Below are positions 8,873 to 18,306 of a stretch of DNA of 64,000 nucleotides, piece by piece. The position numbers and the translations under genes were made by a program. This stretch comes from a virus. The stretch spans positions 1 to 64,000 of the IMG/VR virus record IMGVR_UViG_3300012228_000001; one strand, given 5' to 3'. The notes beneath the pieces were generated by a model that had not been told where the DNA came from, ran no database searches, and worked only from the letters and a program-made list of their open reading frames with translations. Every line of letters begins with the position of its first letter. Position 1 is the first letter of the stretch.

Positions 8873-9086
8873 CGCTTGCCAGCCGTCCGATCTCTTCGAG
8901 CGACTTGCCGGTCAGGTCGGCGATCTTGGCGATAACGTCGTAGTTGCTCACCGTTTTCGATCCGGCCAACAGGCAACACACCATCGGTTGCGAAAGACCG
9001 AGCAGTTTGCCAAATTTGGCCTGCGTCAAATCACGCTTTTTTATCTCGGCGGTGAGCAGCGCGGCGAGTTCTCGATAGTGTTTCAT
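8859..9086 (-). CDS. small XRE/Cro-like HTH regulator
   Basis: LTQAKFGKLLGLSQPMVCCLLAG; first gene of the leftward arm. Confidence 0.8.
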   Translation of the reverse strand: MKHYRELAALLTAEIKKRDLTQAKFGKLLGLSQPMVCCLLAGSKTVSNYDVIAKIADLTGKSLEEIGRLASDGRR

Positions 9087-9189
9087 GGATCAATCCCTTA
9101 TCACTTAGCCTGTTATTACACAAGAAATTATTTTGCTTGTAATTGCCTCGTTGTTGTACTATACCAAATCCTCAAGGGGGGCAAGATCA
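9087..9189. promoter_or_regulatory. AT-rich divergent promoter region
   Basis: plus TTGCTT-N18-TACTAT; minus TTGTGT-N17-TAAGGG; strand switch point. Confidence 0.5.
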
Positions 9190-10161
9190 ATGCGAAAAGC
9201 AGCTTTAATAGATATCGCTGGCAATCCGGTTGTCATGCCAGAAAAAGACACGGCGCTTTCTTTGGGCAAGCCGGTCAAAACAACTTACTACTCAATGGAC
9301 GAATGGCGCGACGGGCGCTCGACGACCATCGGCGGATCGGAAGCATCCGCCATCTTGGGGCTTAATCCATACTTATCCCCGTTTGAACTTTACAGTCTTA
9401 AAGCGGGCTTGGTTGAACCTGACAATGGCGCGGAAAGCGAAGTGTTGGAGTGGGGGTCTAGGTTGGAACAGCCTATCGTTGAAGCATATCAAGATAAAAC
9501 CAACCGCAAAATCAAACGGCACGGCATCCATACCTTTCGCAGTCCCAACTATCCCCTATCTGTCAGCCTCGACGGCGAGATAGAGCCAATTGATGATCGT
9601 GGCCCTGGCGTGCTCGAAATTAAAACCACCGGACTATACTCGGAGAAAGACCTTCAAGAATCGGTCCCGGTCGAATGGCAAATACAATGCAATCACGCGA
9701 TGGCGATCATGGGGTGGCGATGGGCAAGCTTGGCAATTTTCATAATTCATTCGCGGAAGTTTCGATATCTCGACATAGAAAGAAATGACCAGTTCATCGA
9801 AATGCTTTTGCGCAAGGAATTGGATTTCGTCAAAAGAATCGAAGACAATAATCCGCCCATCGTTGATGGTTCCGATTCTACGACCGAAGTTTTGAAACGC
9901 CTCTATCCTAACGATTCCGGCGAAACTATCCAATTACCGAGCGACGCAACAAAGTGGGATGCTGAACTTGTGCGGCTAAAATCTCAAATACAAGATGCGG
10001 AAAAGCGGAAGACCGAACTTGAGAATCTTTTTAGAGCCGCGCTTGGTACGGCGACCTTTGGCGTCGGCGATGACGGGTTGAAGTATTCTTGGCGGCTTCA
10101 ACATCGCGATTCGTATTATGTGAAGGAGTCGGAGTATCGCGTTCTTAGAAGGCTCAAATGA
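9190..10161 (+). CDS. YqaJ/lambda-exonuclease family recombination nuclease
   Basis: R..TIGGSEASAILGLNPY.SP, WG..LE, SLDG...LEIKT, QCNH.M. Confidence 0.92.
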   Translation: MRKAALIDIAGNPVVMPEKDTALSLGKPVKTTYYSMDEWRDGRSTTIGGSEASAILGLNPYLSPFELYSLKAGLVEPDNGAESEVLEWGSRLEQPIVEAYQDKTNRKIKRHGIHTFRSPNYPLSVSLDGEIEPIDDRGPGVLEIKTTGLYSEKDLQESVPVEWQIQCNHAMAIMGWRWASLAIFIIHSRKFRYLDIERNDQFIEMLLRKELDFVKRIEDNNPPIVDGSDSTTEVLKRLYPNDSGETIQLPSDATKWDAELVRLKSQIQDAEKRKTELENLFRAALGTATFGVGDDGLKYSWRLQHRDSYYVKESEYRVLRRLK

Positions 10162-10706
10162 ATGCTCATAACTTTATCGATCTAACGGGCAAGTCGTTCG
10201 GTCGCTTGATCGTGCGTCGATATCTTGGCCGCAACGGGCATCCGCAACCACTATGGGAATGTCAGTGTAGCTGCGATGGCAAGATGGTGAACGTCTTTGG
10301 ACCGAATCTTAGAAGTGGCGTTACGGTTAGTTGTGGCTGTTGGCGAGAAGAACGCAAGATCACTCACGGACAAGGCGGACATAATAAATCACCGGAATAT
10401 CGAACGTGGCTTACCATGAAAGACCGTTGTTATAATCCGCAACATACGGGATTTAAGTATTATGGCGGCAAGGGCGTTGTGATGTGCGACGAGTGGCGAG
10501 ATTCGTTTGAAAGTTTTCTGTCCTATGTTCTGGCTAATCTTGGGGCAAAGCCCTCGCCGAAGCACTCGATTGATCGTATCGCGGGCGGGAATTACACCCC
10601 TGGCAATATACGTTGGGCAACAAAAATCGAGCAGGCTCAAAATACGACCAAAAATGTGAATATAACAATTGACGGCGAGACTCACTTAGAGAAGAGAAGG
10701 AGCTAA
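10158..10706 (+). CDS. HNH-type homing endonuclease
   Basis: DLTGKSFGRL, WECQCSCDG, SCGC, MKDRCYN, YGGKG, SIDRI..GNY.PGNIRWAT..EQ. Confidence 0.85.
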   Translation: MNAHNFIDLTGKSFGRLIVRRYLGRNGHPQPLWECQCSCDGKMVNVFGPNLRSGVTVSCGCWREERKITHGQGGHNKSPEYRTWLTMKDRCYNPQHTGFKYYGGKGVVMCDEWRDSFESFLSYVLANLGAKPSPKHSIDRIAGGNYTPGNIRWATKIEQAQNTTKNVNITIDGETHLEKRRS

Positions 10707-10707
10707 C

Positions 10708-11598
10708 ATGGCAGAAAAAACAGTCGAGAGCGAGAGCATGGAGATGGTGACTCCAATGATGGGAACAGTCGAAGCACAAGCGCACGCGGAGATCGATATT
10801 CAAATCGCCACGGCGAAACAATATCCGCGTGACGTGGCGAAGTTTTTGAAAAAAGCAGAATCGTTGGCCTGTCTCAATGACGACATTGCCGCCGCCTGCT
10901 TTTATAAACTCAAGCGTCGAAGCAAGGATGGCGACAAAGTTATCGAGGGGCCGAGTGTTCGCTTTGCTGAGATAATCGCGGCCACTTGGACGAACATGCG
11001 AATCGACGCCCGCACGATCAACGAGGATGATAAATTTGTTTATTCGCAGGGAACGGCTTGGGACTTACAGGAAAACGTCGCGATCCGGTTTGAGACGCGG
11101 CGGCGCATTACCGACAGCAATGGCCGGAAGTACAACGACGACCTGATAGGTGTTACAGCGAATGCCGCAACGGCTATCGCGCTTCGCAACGCTGTTTTTA
11201 GGGTAATACCGAAGGCGTTTTGGGAGAACGTCTACGACAGTGCCAAGCAGTGCGCCATTGGCAACGTCAAGACGTTGGGCGAGCGGCGGCAAAAGATGCT
11301 CGATTACTATACGCAAAAGCTTGGCGTCGCCGCCGACCGGGTTTTCAAGTATCTGGAAATTACCGGCATCGAATCCATGACCCTTCAACACGTCGAAGAC
11401 TTGCGCGGCTTGGCGACGGCGATCAAAGAGGGCGATACAACTATCGACAAAGAGTTCTTTGCGGCCAATGAATTGAAGGGCGATAAGCAGACAAGTAATC
11501 TCTCCAAGCTGGCCGAGACCATGAAGAAGGAAGACGCGCCGAAAGCCGAAGAAAAGAAAGCCGACGCGCCGAGGGCCACGGGGGGAAGACTTTTCTAA
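10708..11598 (+). CDS. putative single-strand annealing/recombination protein
   Basis: QIATAKQYPRD...IEGPSVRFAE family; strong SD; sits with YqaJ exonuclease. Confidence 0.55.
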   Translation: MAEKTVESESMEMVTPMMGTVEAQAHAEIDIQIATAKQYPRDVAKFLKKAESLACLNDDIAAACFYKLKRRSKDGDKVIEGPSVRFAEIIAATWTNMRIDARTINEDDKFVYSQGTAWDLQENVAIRFETRRRITDSNGRKYNDDLIGVTANAATAIALRNAVFRVIPKAFWENVYDSAKQCAIGNVKTLGERRQKMLDYYTQKLGVAADRVFKYLEITGIESMTLQHVEDLRGLATAIKEGDTTIDKEFFAANELKGDKQTSNLSKLAETMKKEDAPKAEEKKADAPRATGGRLF

Positions 11599-11618
11599 GC
11601 CTGCGTAACCACCACAGA

Positions 11619-11688
11619 GACAGGACAGTAGAAGCGCGGTAACGGCCGGGAAGCCGAGGAGCGCGACGTGGTGAACCGGCGTCCTGTC
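11619..11688 (+). ncRNA. candidate structured intergenic RNA
   Basis: GACAGGAC/GTCCTGTC closing stem with nested GCGC/GCGC and CGGC/GCCG stems. Confidence 0.35.
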
Positions 11689-11704
11689 ACAAAGGAGAAG
11701 AAGG

Positions 11705-11932
11705 ATGATCCAAGCAGGAGTGGCCGGGCCAGAAAACCACGACATAATTTTGGAGTGCAGCCATTGCAAGCGCTGTTGGGTGAAGCTGTTCAAGCTGCCA
11801 ATGATGCTGCGCCAGTTTGTCCAAGAGTTGAAAGATGCGAAGTGCCCGCAGTGCGGCAATCAAGCGGGAGTCTTTATGCTGATGGGCGAGCGCTACAAAA
11901 AGGCGAAAGCGGAACTGGAAAATGAATCTTGA
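11705..11932 (+). CDS. small Zn-ribbon protein
   Basis: CSHC...CPQC; SD AGGAG. Confidence 0.65.
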   Translation: MIQAGVAGPENHDIILECSHCKRCWVKLFKLPMMLRQFVQELKDAKCPQCGNQAGVFMLMGERYKKAKAELENES

Positions 11933-12431
11933 AATCATAGTGTACGGTTCGCCCATCGCGCAGCCGCGTGCGCGGTCGCGGGCGTTTATGGTTAAAGGCA
12001 AAATACACGTTCGCGCCTATGAGCCGGAAACAAGCAAAGACAAGAATACCGGCATCCGCAAGGTGAATCCGATCTACGAGTGGAAGCAAGCCGTTCGCAA
12101 GGCGTGCTACGACGCGCTAGGTATCACCGAAAACGAGCACTATGAAGGCCGTCGCCCGCCGCTATGGGAAGGGCCGATCAAGATGGACTTGACGCTGTAT
12201 TTCCCGCGCCCCAAGGAATACGACAAAAAGCAATATCCCGATGGGCCGATCCGGCATATCAAGAAGCCTGACCGCGACAACATGGAAAAGGCGATTTTAG
12301 ATTCTATGAAGGGGATTATCTTCGTCGACGACTGCCAAGTTTGCGACGGCACGGTACGCAAATACTACCACGGGCGAACGCAGCGACCGCACGCGCTGAT
12401 TCAGATCGCACAAATCCATGAGACTTACTAG
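11922..12431 (+). CDS. rusA: RusA-family Holliday junction resolvase
   Basis: P.AQPRAR, FPRPK, KKPDRDNMEKAILDSM.GI.FVDD.QV. Confidence 0.9.
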   Translation: MNLEIIVYGSPIAQPRARSRAFMVKGKIHVRAYEPETSKDKNTGIRKVNPIYEWKQAVRKACYDALGITENEHYEGRRPPLWEGPIKMDLTLYFPRPKEYDKKQYPDGPIRHIKKPDRDNMEKAILDSMKGIIFVDDCQVCDGTVRKYYHGRTQRPHALIQIAQIHETY

Positions 12432-12480
12432 AATCACGGAGACCCAATTTTGAGAAAACTTAGAAAGGAAGGATTATAAA

Positions 12481-12630
12481 ATGGATATCGATAGAAAATT
12501 TAAGATCACGGAGAATCCGACGCAAGTCAAAGTGCCGGATATCGACGAGGGCGACGAAGAGGCGCTTACAATCAAGGGGCGCATTAAAACTTATCATCCA
12601 AAGGGGTATCGAAATGCTCAAGGTAGTTAG
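12481..12630 (+). CDS. 49-aa hypothetical protein (not in ORF track)
   Basis: SD AAGGAAGG then ATG GAT ATC...; MDIDRKFKITENPTQVK... Confidence 0.5.
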   Translation: MDIDRKFKITENPTQVKVPDIDEGDEEALTIKGRIKTYHPKGYRNAQGS

Positions 12631-14479
12631 CATCCACAATTTTATCGGTATCAGCGAATGCAGCATGACGCTCGAAAAGAAAATCTCGATTGTCACGGGC
12701 ATGAATGGCGCGGGCAAGAGCAGTATCGCGGCGGCTATCGAATGGGCGCTAACCGGGAAAGCACGTCAGCTTGAATTCAAGAAGGATAATGCCGGATTGA
12801 TACATCAAGGCGCAAAGACGGCGGAAGTGGTTCTCACTTTCGATGACATGACGATCCGGCGCAGCCGCACGGCAAGCGCCGAAACGCTGCGCGTCATTAA
12901 CGACGGCAAGCCGGAACAAAAAGAGCTGCCGACGACGATTAAAAACTGGTCCGCGTTGGCTCTCAATCCGTTGGCCTACTTCGATATGAGCATCGAAGAG
13001 CGCAAGGCGGCATTGGGCGCCGTGCTGCTAAAAGACCCGGACGCGGCGGCGATACAATCGCTGCTCGTGAAGCGGTATCAGATACCGGACGAATTCGCTG
13101 AAGCTTTCGCCGCGTTGGCCGTCAAGGATGGATTCGACGAGGCGGCAGATGAAGCCGTGCTCAAGCGGCGCGAAATGAAACGGGACATCGATGCGCTCAA
13201 CGCCGAAGCGCCATCGCCGAGTCTGATCCTCGCTGGCAACAGCTACAATATGGCGACGATTGACCCGGCGCTTGTTGCCGAACAGCTTGACGGCGTGCGT
13301 AGCGAGCGTGACGGGTTGCTCCAAGAGAAGGGCGCGGCCCAAGCGCCGGTTGCGACTAAAATGAGCGGGCCGACGCGAGCGGTCATCGACGAAGCGCTGG
13401 TCAACGCTAAAGCCGAACTTGCGGCGCTGATAAAGCCCGATGCTTCGCAGGCCGAGTTGGAGCGCAGCATTACCGACTACGAAGCCGAAATCGCCAAGTG
13501 GGAACAAAAAATCCGCGAAGCGCAGGCCGCGATCAAAGTGAGCGACGCCGAGGGGAAGCTGCAAATTCCCAATCTCGAATTTACGAAGTGCCCGGTCATG
13601 GAGCAGATCAATTGCCCGGTGCCGATGGCCGACCGCAAAAAATTGCTCAAGACGTTTGAAAGCCGCAAGCGGATCGGCGAGCAAATCATCGCCGAGAACA
13701 ACGACGCGATCCGTCTAGCGACTAGCGAGATCGATGCGTGCCGCCGAAAGATCAACACGGCGCGGGCCGACATGAACGACGCCCGCGACTACGAAATGCG
13801 CGACATGGCCGCGAGATCGGCTGTAACGGCGCTTACTCAAGCGCTGGCGACGGCCACCGACGAGCCGGAACCAGAGCCGGAACCGCAGCGCGATTTCAAC
13901 TCCGAGATCGCCGCGCTCGACGACCGCATTAAGATCGGCGAGCAGCTACTAAGCAAGATCGAACAGTTCAAAGCCGACAGCGAGCGAAGCGCCGCCGCGA
14001 TAACCGACTCGAAGGAATTGACCGAGCGTGTCGAAATGTACGACCGGCTTGCCGGTGCGCTCGCGCCGGGCGGCATTCCGTTGGAGTTGATGCGCGAAGG
14101 GCTGAAACGATTCGCCGGTCGCTTGGCGACGGCGAGCGCGATCTTCGATATTCCGATTGCCTTGGGCGAGGGCGATTTTTTGCCGGTTTACAACAATCGC
14201 CCCTATCGCTTATGCTCCGAGTCCGAGCAGTGGCGTGCCCGGATTGCGCTGCAAGAAGCCATTGCCTTTTGGGGCAAAGTGCCCTATTTGATTCTCGACG
14301 GCGCGGACATTCTCGACCGCGAGCTAAAACAAGCCTTCGCCGGTTTTCTTATGAGCGTAGCGGAGCATTACGATAGGATTTTCGTTTTCGCCACCGAGTC
14401 CGATGTTCCGCCGACGACGAGCACCCATCCCGACGTGCAGCAATGGCAGGTGAGCGGCGGCATCGTTAAATCTGTATGA
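12614..14479 (+). CDS. SMC/Rad50(SbcC)-like ATPase
   Basis: GMNGAGKSS, long coiled coil with central Cys pair, CSESEQWR signature, LILDGAD Walker B. Confidence 0.85.
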   Translation: MLKVVSIHNFIGISECSMTLEKKISIVTGMNGAGKSSIAAAIEWALTGKARQLEFKKDNAGLIHQGAKTAEVVLTFDDMTIRRSRTASAETLRVINDGKPEQKELPTTIKNWSALALNPLAYFDMSIEERKAALGAVLLKDPDAAAIQSLLVKRYQIPDEFAEAFAALAVKDGFDEAADEAVLKRREMKRDIDALNAEAPSPSLILAGNSYNMATIDPALVAEQLDGVRSERDGLLQEKGAAQAPVATKMSGPTRAVIDEALVNAKAELAALIKPDASQAELERSITDYEAEIAKWEQKIREAQAAIKVSDAEGKLQIPNLEFTKCPVMEQINCPVPMADRKKLLKTFESRKRIGEQIIAENNDAIRLATSEIDACRRKINTARADMNDARDYEMRDMAARSAVTALTQALATATDEPEPEPEPQRDFNSEIAALDDRIKIGEQLLSKIEQFKADSERSAAAITDSKELTERVEMYDRLAGALAPGGIPLELMREGLKRFAGRLATASAIFDIPIALGEGDFLPVYNNRPYRLCSESEQWRARIALQEAIAFWGKVPYLILDGADILDRELKQAFAGFLMSVAEHYDRIFVFATESDVPPTTSTHPDVQQWQVSGGIVKSV

Positions 14480-15150
14480 GCAGTGACAACACCTTTCAGC
14501 CACTAACCGACGACGAGCTAGAAGACGCCAAGCGAGTCTTGGCCGTGCTTGGCAAGAAGACCGGCTTTACGTCGAAAGTGCTGTGGGATGCGCTCGACGA
14601 ACTTGAAGAGCGGCGGCGGATCGAGCGCGGCAATTTTCCCTACGATGACCAGCGCCAGCTTGAGTTGCCCAAGACCTACAACAATCGCGGCCATCGCTAT
14701 GAGCGCACGCAGTTTCCATCCGGCGATCTTGAGAAAGCGTTCGCCGACCAGTGGGAAGAAGAGAATGAAGAGCGGCGCGGCATCAACTACGGTCAAGGGC
14801 TGCTGCAAGATTTGTTTATCGAGCGGCGGTCGGTATTGACCCAATGGACTACCGTCATAAGTCGGCGCGAGCGCTGGATTGCCGCCACGGTGATTCAATG
14901 GCTTGGGACAAACTGCGGGTTTGCGTTTCTGATCCGGTGTCTCAATAAGTGCGGTTACTCAATCGAGGAAACCACGCAGCGCGACAACGTTCGCAACATG
15001 CGCTCCCTCAAAGAGCGAGCCGAGCTACTCAACAATCAGGAAGACGGTTTGCACCAAGCGCAAGAGTGGCTACTCGAAGAAATTAAACGGACTTTGGAGC
15101 ACGTTAGATTTAGAGCGACCATGCGCCATCCGCGAAAGGGATTCCTATGA
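14476..15150 (+). CDS. hypothetical phage protein
   Basis: ATGA overlaps; ATVIQWLGTNCG..FL motif. Confidence 0.7.
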   Translation: MSSDNTFQPLTDDELEDAKRVLAVLGKKTGFTSKVLWDALDELEERRRIERGNFPYDDQRQLELPKTYNNRGHRYERTQFPSGDLEKAFADQWEEENEERRGINYGQGLLQDLFIERRSVLTQWTTVISRRERWIAATVIQWLGTNCGFAFLIRCLNKCGYSIEETTQRDNVRNMRSLKERAELLNNQEDGLHQAQEWLLEEIKRTLEHVRFRATMRHPRKGFL

Positions 15151-15431
15151 GCAGCGTTAGCGCCAATAACACCACGGGCGATGAAGCCCCGATAATCGTA
15201 GATCGATGGGACGTAATCACGGATACCAAGACCGGCGAAGTCCTGATAGTGCCGAAACGGTCGTATAAGTACAATGTAATAGAAGGCATCGAGCCTGAAG
15301 GGTTTTATGTTGGTCCTTCTCATTCTAATTATGCTTTCGAGCCTGCGGTATTGGTTTGTTTTGCACTCGCAGCATTTTTCTTAGGAATTATTGTTGGGGC
15401 ATGGTTGAGAAGGCACGCGGAAACAAAATGA
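15147..15431 (+). CDS. membrane-anchored hypothetical protein
   Basis: C-terminal TM AVLVCFALAAFFLGIIVGAWL. Confidence 0.6.
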   Translation: MSSVSANNTTGDEAPIIVDRWDVITDTKTGEVLIVPKRSYKYNVIEGIEPEGFYVGPSHSNYAFEPAVLVCFALAAFFLGIIVGAWLRRHAETK

Positions 15432-15601
15432 CGGGCGCACAACTGATTAAGAAGCTATCAGCCGAAAACGACGAACTTAAAGCGCAGTTGGCCGAGTCCG
15501 AACGTCTGTGGGAATTGGAGTTTAAGATCGTGGCAAAACTAGGTGCCGAGTTGCGACGAACGCAAATCGAGCGAGACAAGCTTGGGATGGCGGTCAAATA
15601 G
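15428..15601 (+). CDS. small coiled-coil protein
   Basis: ATGA overlap. Confidence 0.5.
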   Translation: MTGAQLIKKLSAENDELKAQLAESERLWELEFKIVAKLGAELRRTQIERDKLGMAVK

Positions 15602-15602
15602 G

Positions 15603-15833
15603 ATGGACACTAAAACACAATGCGAGAATCCCTGTCTGTTTAGGTACACTTGGCCGGGCAAGGATGAATCTTATGTCTGCTTGGAGCACACGCAAGGTTT
15701 GCTGAATCTAGCACATGCTATCGGACTCCCTTTGCAGATGATCGTGTTTCAACCGGATCGGAATTCCCATGAGTGGCCGAACTGCAAACAGCAAGTAGAA
15801 AGCGAAAGGCGCGATAATGAGAACCAAGAATGA
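15603..15833 (+). CDS. hypothetical protein
   Basis: C.NP..FRYTWPGKDES.VC..H pattern. Confidence 0.6.
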   Translation: MDTKTQCENPCLFRYTWPGKDESYVCLEHTQGLLNLAHAIGLPLQMIVFQPDRNSHEWPNCKQQVESERRDNENQE

Positions 15834-15933
15834 AACGGCTTGGCAACGAATCTTCGCGCAGAGCCGGGTAAACGGCGGGGAGTATCGTGAACCGTGCGGG
15901 CGAAACTTTATCGCTTGGCCGACCGAAACGTAT

Positions 15934-16080
15934 TTACAGAAACGATTGCGCGTGCTGCGAGCATCGGCGTCGGCACCAATAAACGCCAGCGCCAATACCG
16001 AAGCCAAAAGCGAACGCTGCTAAGACGCCGACCCACGGGTGCCGCGAGAGAACGTAAAGCACGAAGCCTAGCAGTTCCAC
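15934..16080 (-). CDS. 48-aa membrane protein, candidate holin/spanin component (not in ORF track)
   Basis: GTG 4 nt after lipoprotein stop with AGGTGA SD; MELLGFVLYVLSRHPWVGVLAAFAFGFGIGAGVYWCRRR. Confidence 0.55.
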   Translation of the reverse strand: MELLGFVLYVLSRHPWVGVLAAFAFGFGIGAGVYWCRRRCSQHAQSFL

Positions 16081-16084
16081 CTTA

Positions 16085-16423
16085 TCACCTAAATCTATTC
16101 CCCGTCCGCCCTACAATCAGCATTATTTCAAACGCCAGATGGCCGCACTGCTGCCCGCCCTGCGCCTGCACGGCCTGTATCAATCGATTGAGCAAGATGC
16201 CCTTGTAAGCCTCCGCAAGAATCGCTATCAGCGGGATCGGCTCGGCATTGATCGCATCGATCTTTTGCAGCGTATCGAGCGCCGTCTTGGCGCAGGCTTG
16301 ATCCGCTGGACTGCCGAATTTTTCGGCGAGCATGGCGAACGCGGCAGCGTCATCGCCAACGACGCCGATGAACGTTGAGCATCCGGGCAGCACGAGCAGG
16401 GCGATCAAGCAGGCGTATTTCAT
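16085..16423 (-). CDS. lipoprotein (spanin-like) in lysis cassette
   Basis: MKYACLIALLVLPG-C lipobox; follows endolysin. Confidence 0.65.
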   Translation of the reverse strand: MKYACLIALLVLPGCSTFIGVVGDDAAAFAMLAEKFGSPADQACAKTALDTLQKIDAINAEPIPLIAILAEAYKGILLNRLIQAVQAQGGQQCGHLAFEIMLIVGRTGNRFR

Positions 16424-16424
16424 A

Positions 16425-16814
16425 TTAGTCTATCCAGAGCACGTCTTGGTTGAGTCGGCCTTCAAGATCGAGATGGACATGCCGCATGTCGCTGTATAAT
16501 CCGATTCGGCGGAAGCCGACTTCGTGGGCGTGCTTCACTATCATAAAAAGCTGGCCCGGCGAAATGCTTCCACCATCCACCGTGAAGTCGACACCGGAAT
16601 ACATGCCGTCGTCGGCGCGACAATGCGAGCTGTTGGGAGCGCCGCCAATAGCCTTGTTGTGTTCGGGAGATCGACACGTCGACGTGATGACAAACGGAAA
16701 GCCGCACAGCTCACGCAGGCGATCAAGTTTTTCCAGCATTTCCCATCGCAGGCATTCCGGGTTTTCAAATTCCGCCCTGCGAAAGTGGTGGATTTTTGTC
16801 CAGTCGATGCTCAT
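16425..16814 (-). CDS. endolysin, peptidase M15A family
   Basis: HFRRAEF, ITS.CRSPEHN.AIGGAPNSSH...D...HVHLD. Confidence 0.9.
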   Translation of the reverse strand: MSIDWTKIHHFRRAEFENPECLRWEMLEKLDRLRELCGFPFVITSTCRSPEHNKAIGGAPNSSHCRADDGMYSGVDFTVDGGSISPGQLFMIVKHAHEVGFRRIGLYSDMRHVHLDLEGRLNQDVLWID

Positions 16815-16829
16815 ACTGCCCCCCCCCTG

Positions 16830-18305
16830 CTAGTCATACTTAATAACCCATATACACGACGCCGCGCCAAGAGTGACATCCTCACCAGAGTTATTGGAAA
16901 TCAACAATTCGATGTAATGTCCCGCAGCGAACGCATATAGCGTCTGCAACGATCCACCCTCTTGACTAACCGCCGCAATAATCGTCGATCCGTTTAGGCG
17001 AAACTTTAAGTTTCGCAGACTGCCAAGGTCGACTGCCAATGTCACGCCCACTGTATATAACCCATTGAACGGAAACGTTATCACTGTAGGATTGCCGCCA
17101 GTAAAAAAGTTGTTGGTATCAAGTTCCTCGGCGGTCCACGGAACTGCAATGTCGACACTGCCACTGCTAAGAGTTAGGCTAGGTGCGCTGACCCGGCAGT
17201 AAACGAGGGCGGGAAGTGAGGGCATTCCGTGGCGATGATCTGATCGAGCAACCGCATCCACGCTGCCTTGAGAGGCCGCATCGCCGAACGCTTGAGTAAC
17301 CGGATTCCAGTAGCCGGGCATTCCGTGGCGATGATTACTGAGTGCCCACGCTCCACCGCTGCCGCCGTTGGCACCATCGCCCATTGCCTGCGTGACCGTA
17401 TTGTATCCCGCCACTGGTATGTCGACCAGCCGCGCCGCGCTGGTGCCCGCCGATGGTGCCGGGAGACCTACGATCTGACTACCATTGGCGTTGAGTTGGC
17501 ACTGAAGTATCGTTTGAGGGACGGTTCCGTCGAACGAAAAAAAATAGCGGGCCGCTCCCGTATCGGGACGAAATGCTAAGAGCACCATGTACTGCCCGTG
17601 GCTTTGAAATCGAAAATAACGATATTGGGAACTCGGTGCCGTGGGGTCTTCGAGTCCCAAAGTGGGATATCCGTCAGTTGTTTGGAGAAGAAGAGGCCCT
17701 GCCATGACTTGTTGAGCCGGTTGCGCGAGCATGAGATAGCGCCAGTCGTGATCGCCGCTGTATTTATGATTATTGAGGATAACGTCGGTAACTGGCACAA
17801 ATGTTAGGTTGCTCGCGTCGATTTTTGGCAAACCCTCTTTAATAAAACCGATTTCCAGTTCGGTCAATGAAGCGTCGAGAATGTTGTCCCATAGCGTCAC
17901 CGTCGTCCTATTCAGCCCCCCGTCATACGCAACAACCTTGACGGTCGATACCGGCGACGTGCCGCTAAGGATGGCCTTGACGGCGCGATTGACCGTAAAG
18001 GTCGTCGAATAGTCACTGGTCACATAAAACTGGTTTGCGCTGACGAATGTCGGCACGGGAACGCCGCCAGGGAATGCCGCAAACTCTAACGCGGTAGCGA
18101 TCAAATTGCCTTCGGCGTCGGCATGCATGTCGACACGTTGAGTCAGTGTGGAAATATCAGCCGCGTTCTCGTTCGCCGCATTTAGCAATTGGTTCACGTC
18201 CGAATCGATCTTATCGACCATGCCCGCATTCAAGTCTGGTTCGCGGGGCTTCTCGCCTGTCGTAAATCGGAAGTATTGCCGGAATTGAGATAGTGAGGCT
18301 GTCAT
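16830..18305 (-). CDS. tail fibre / receptor-binding protein
   Basis: AR.DHRHGMP repeats, C1q/TNF-like C-terminal head, end of tail module. Confidence 0.75.
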   Translation of the reverse strand: MTASLSQFRQYFRFTTGEKPREPDLNAGMVDKIDSDVNQLLNAANENAADISTLTQRVDMHADAEGNLIATALEFAAFPGGVPVPTFVSANQFYVTSDYSTTFTVNRAVKAILSGTSPVSTVKVVAYDGGLNRTTVTLWDNILDASLTELEIGFIKEGLPKIDASNLTFVPVTDVILNNHKYSGDHDWRYLMLAQPAQQVMAGPLLLQTTDGYPTLGLEDPTAPSSQYRYFRFQSHGQYMVLLAFRPDTGAARYFFSFDGTVPQTILQCQLNANGSQIVGLPAPSAGTSAARLVDIPVAGYNTVTQAMGDGANGGSGGAWALSNHRHGMPGYWNPVTQAFGDAASQGSVDAVARSDHRHGMPSLPALVYCRVSAPSLTLSSGSVDIAVPWTAEELDTNNFFTGGNPTVITFPFNGLYTVGVTLAVDLGSLRNLKFRLNGSTIIAAVSQEGGSLQTLYAFAAGHYIELLISNNSGEDVTLGAASCIWVIKYD

Positions 18306-18306
18306 A

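Noticed and set aside
16830-18305. Diversity-generating retroelement acting on the tail fibre
   Set aside because: No reverse transcriptase in the window; the repeat is an in-frame tandem unit without adenine-specific mismatches
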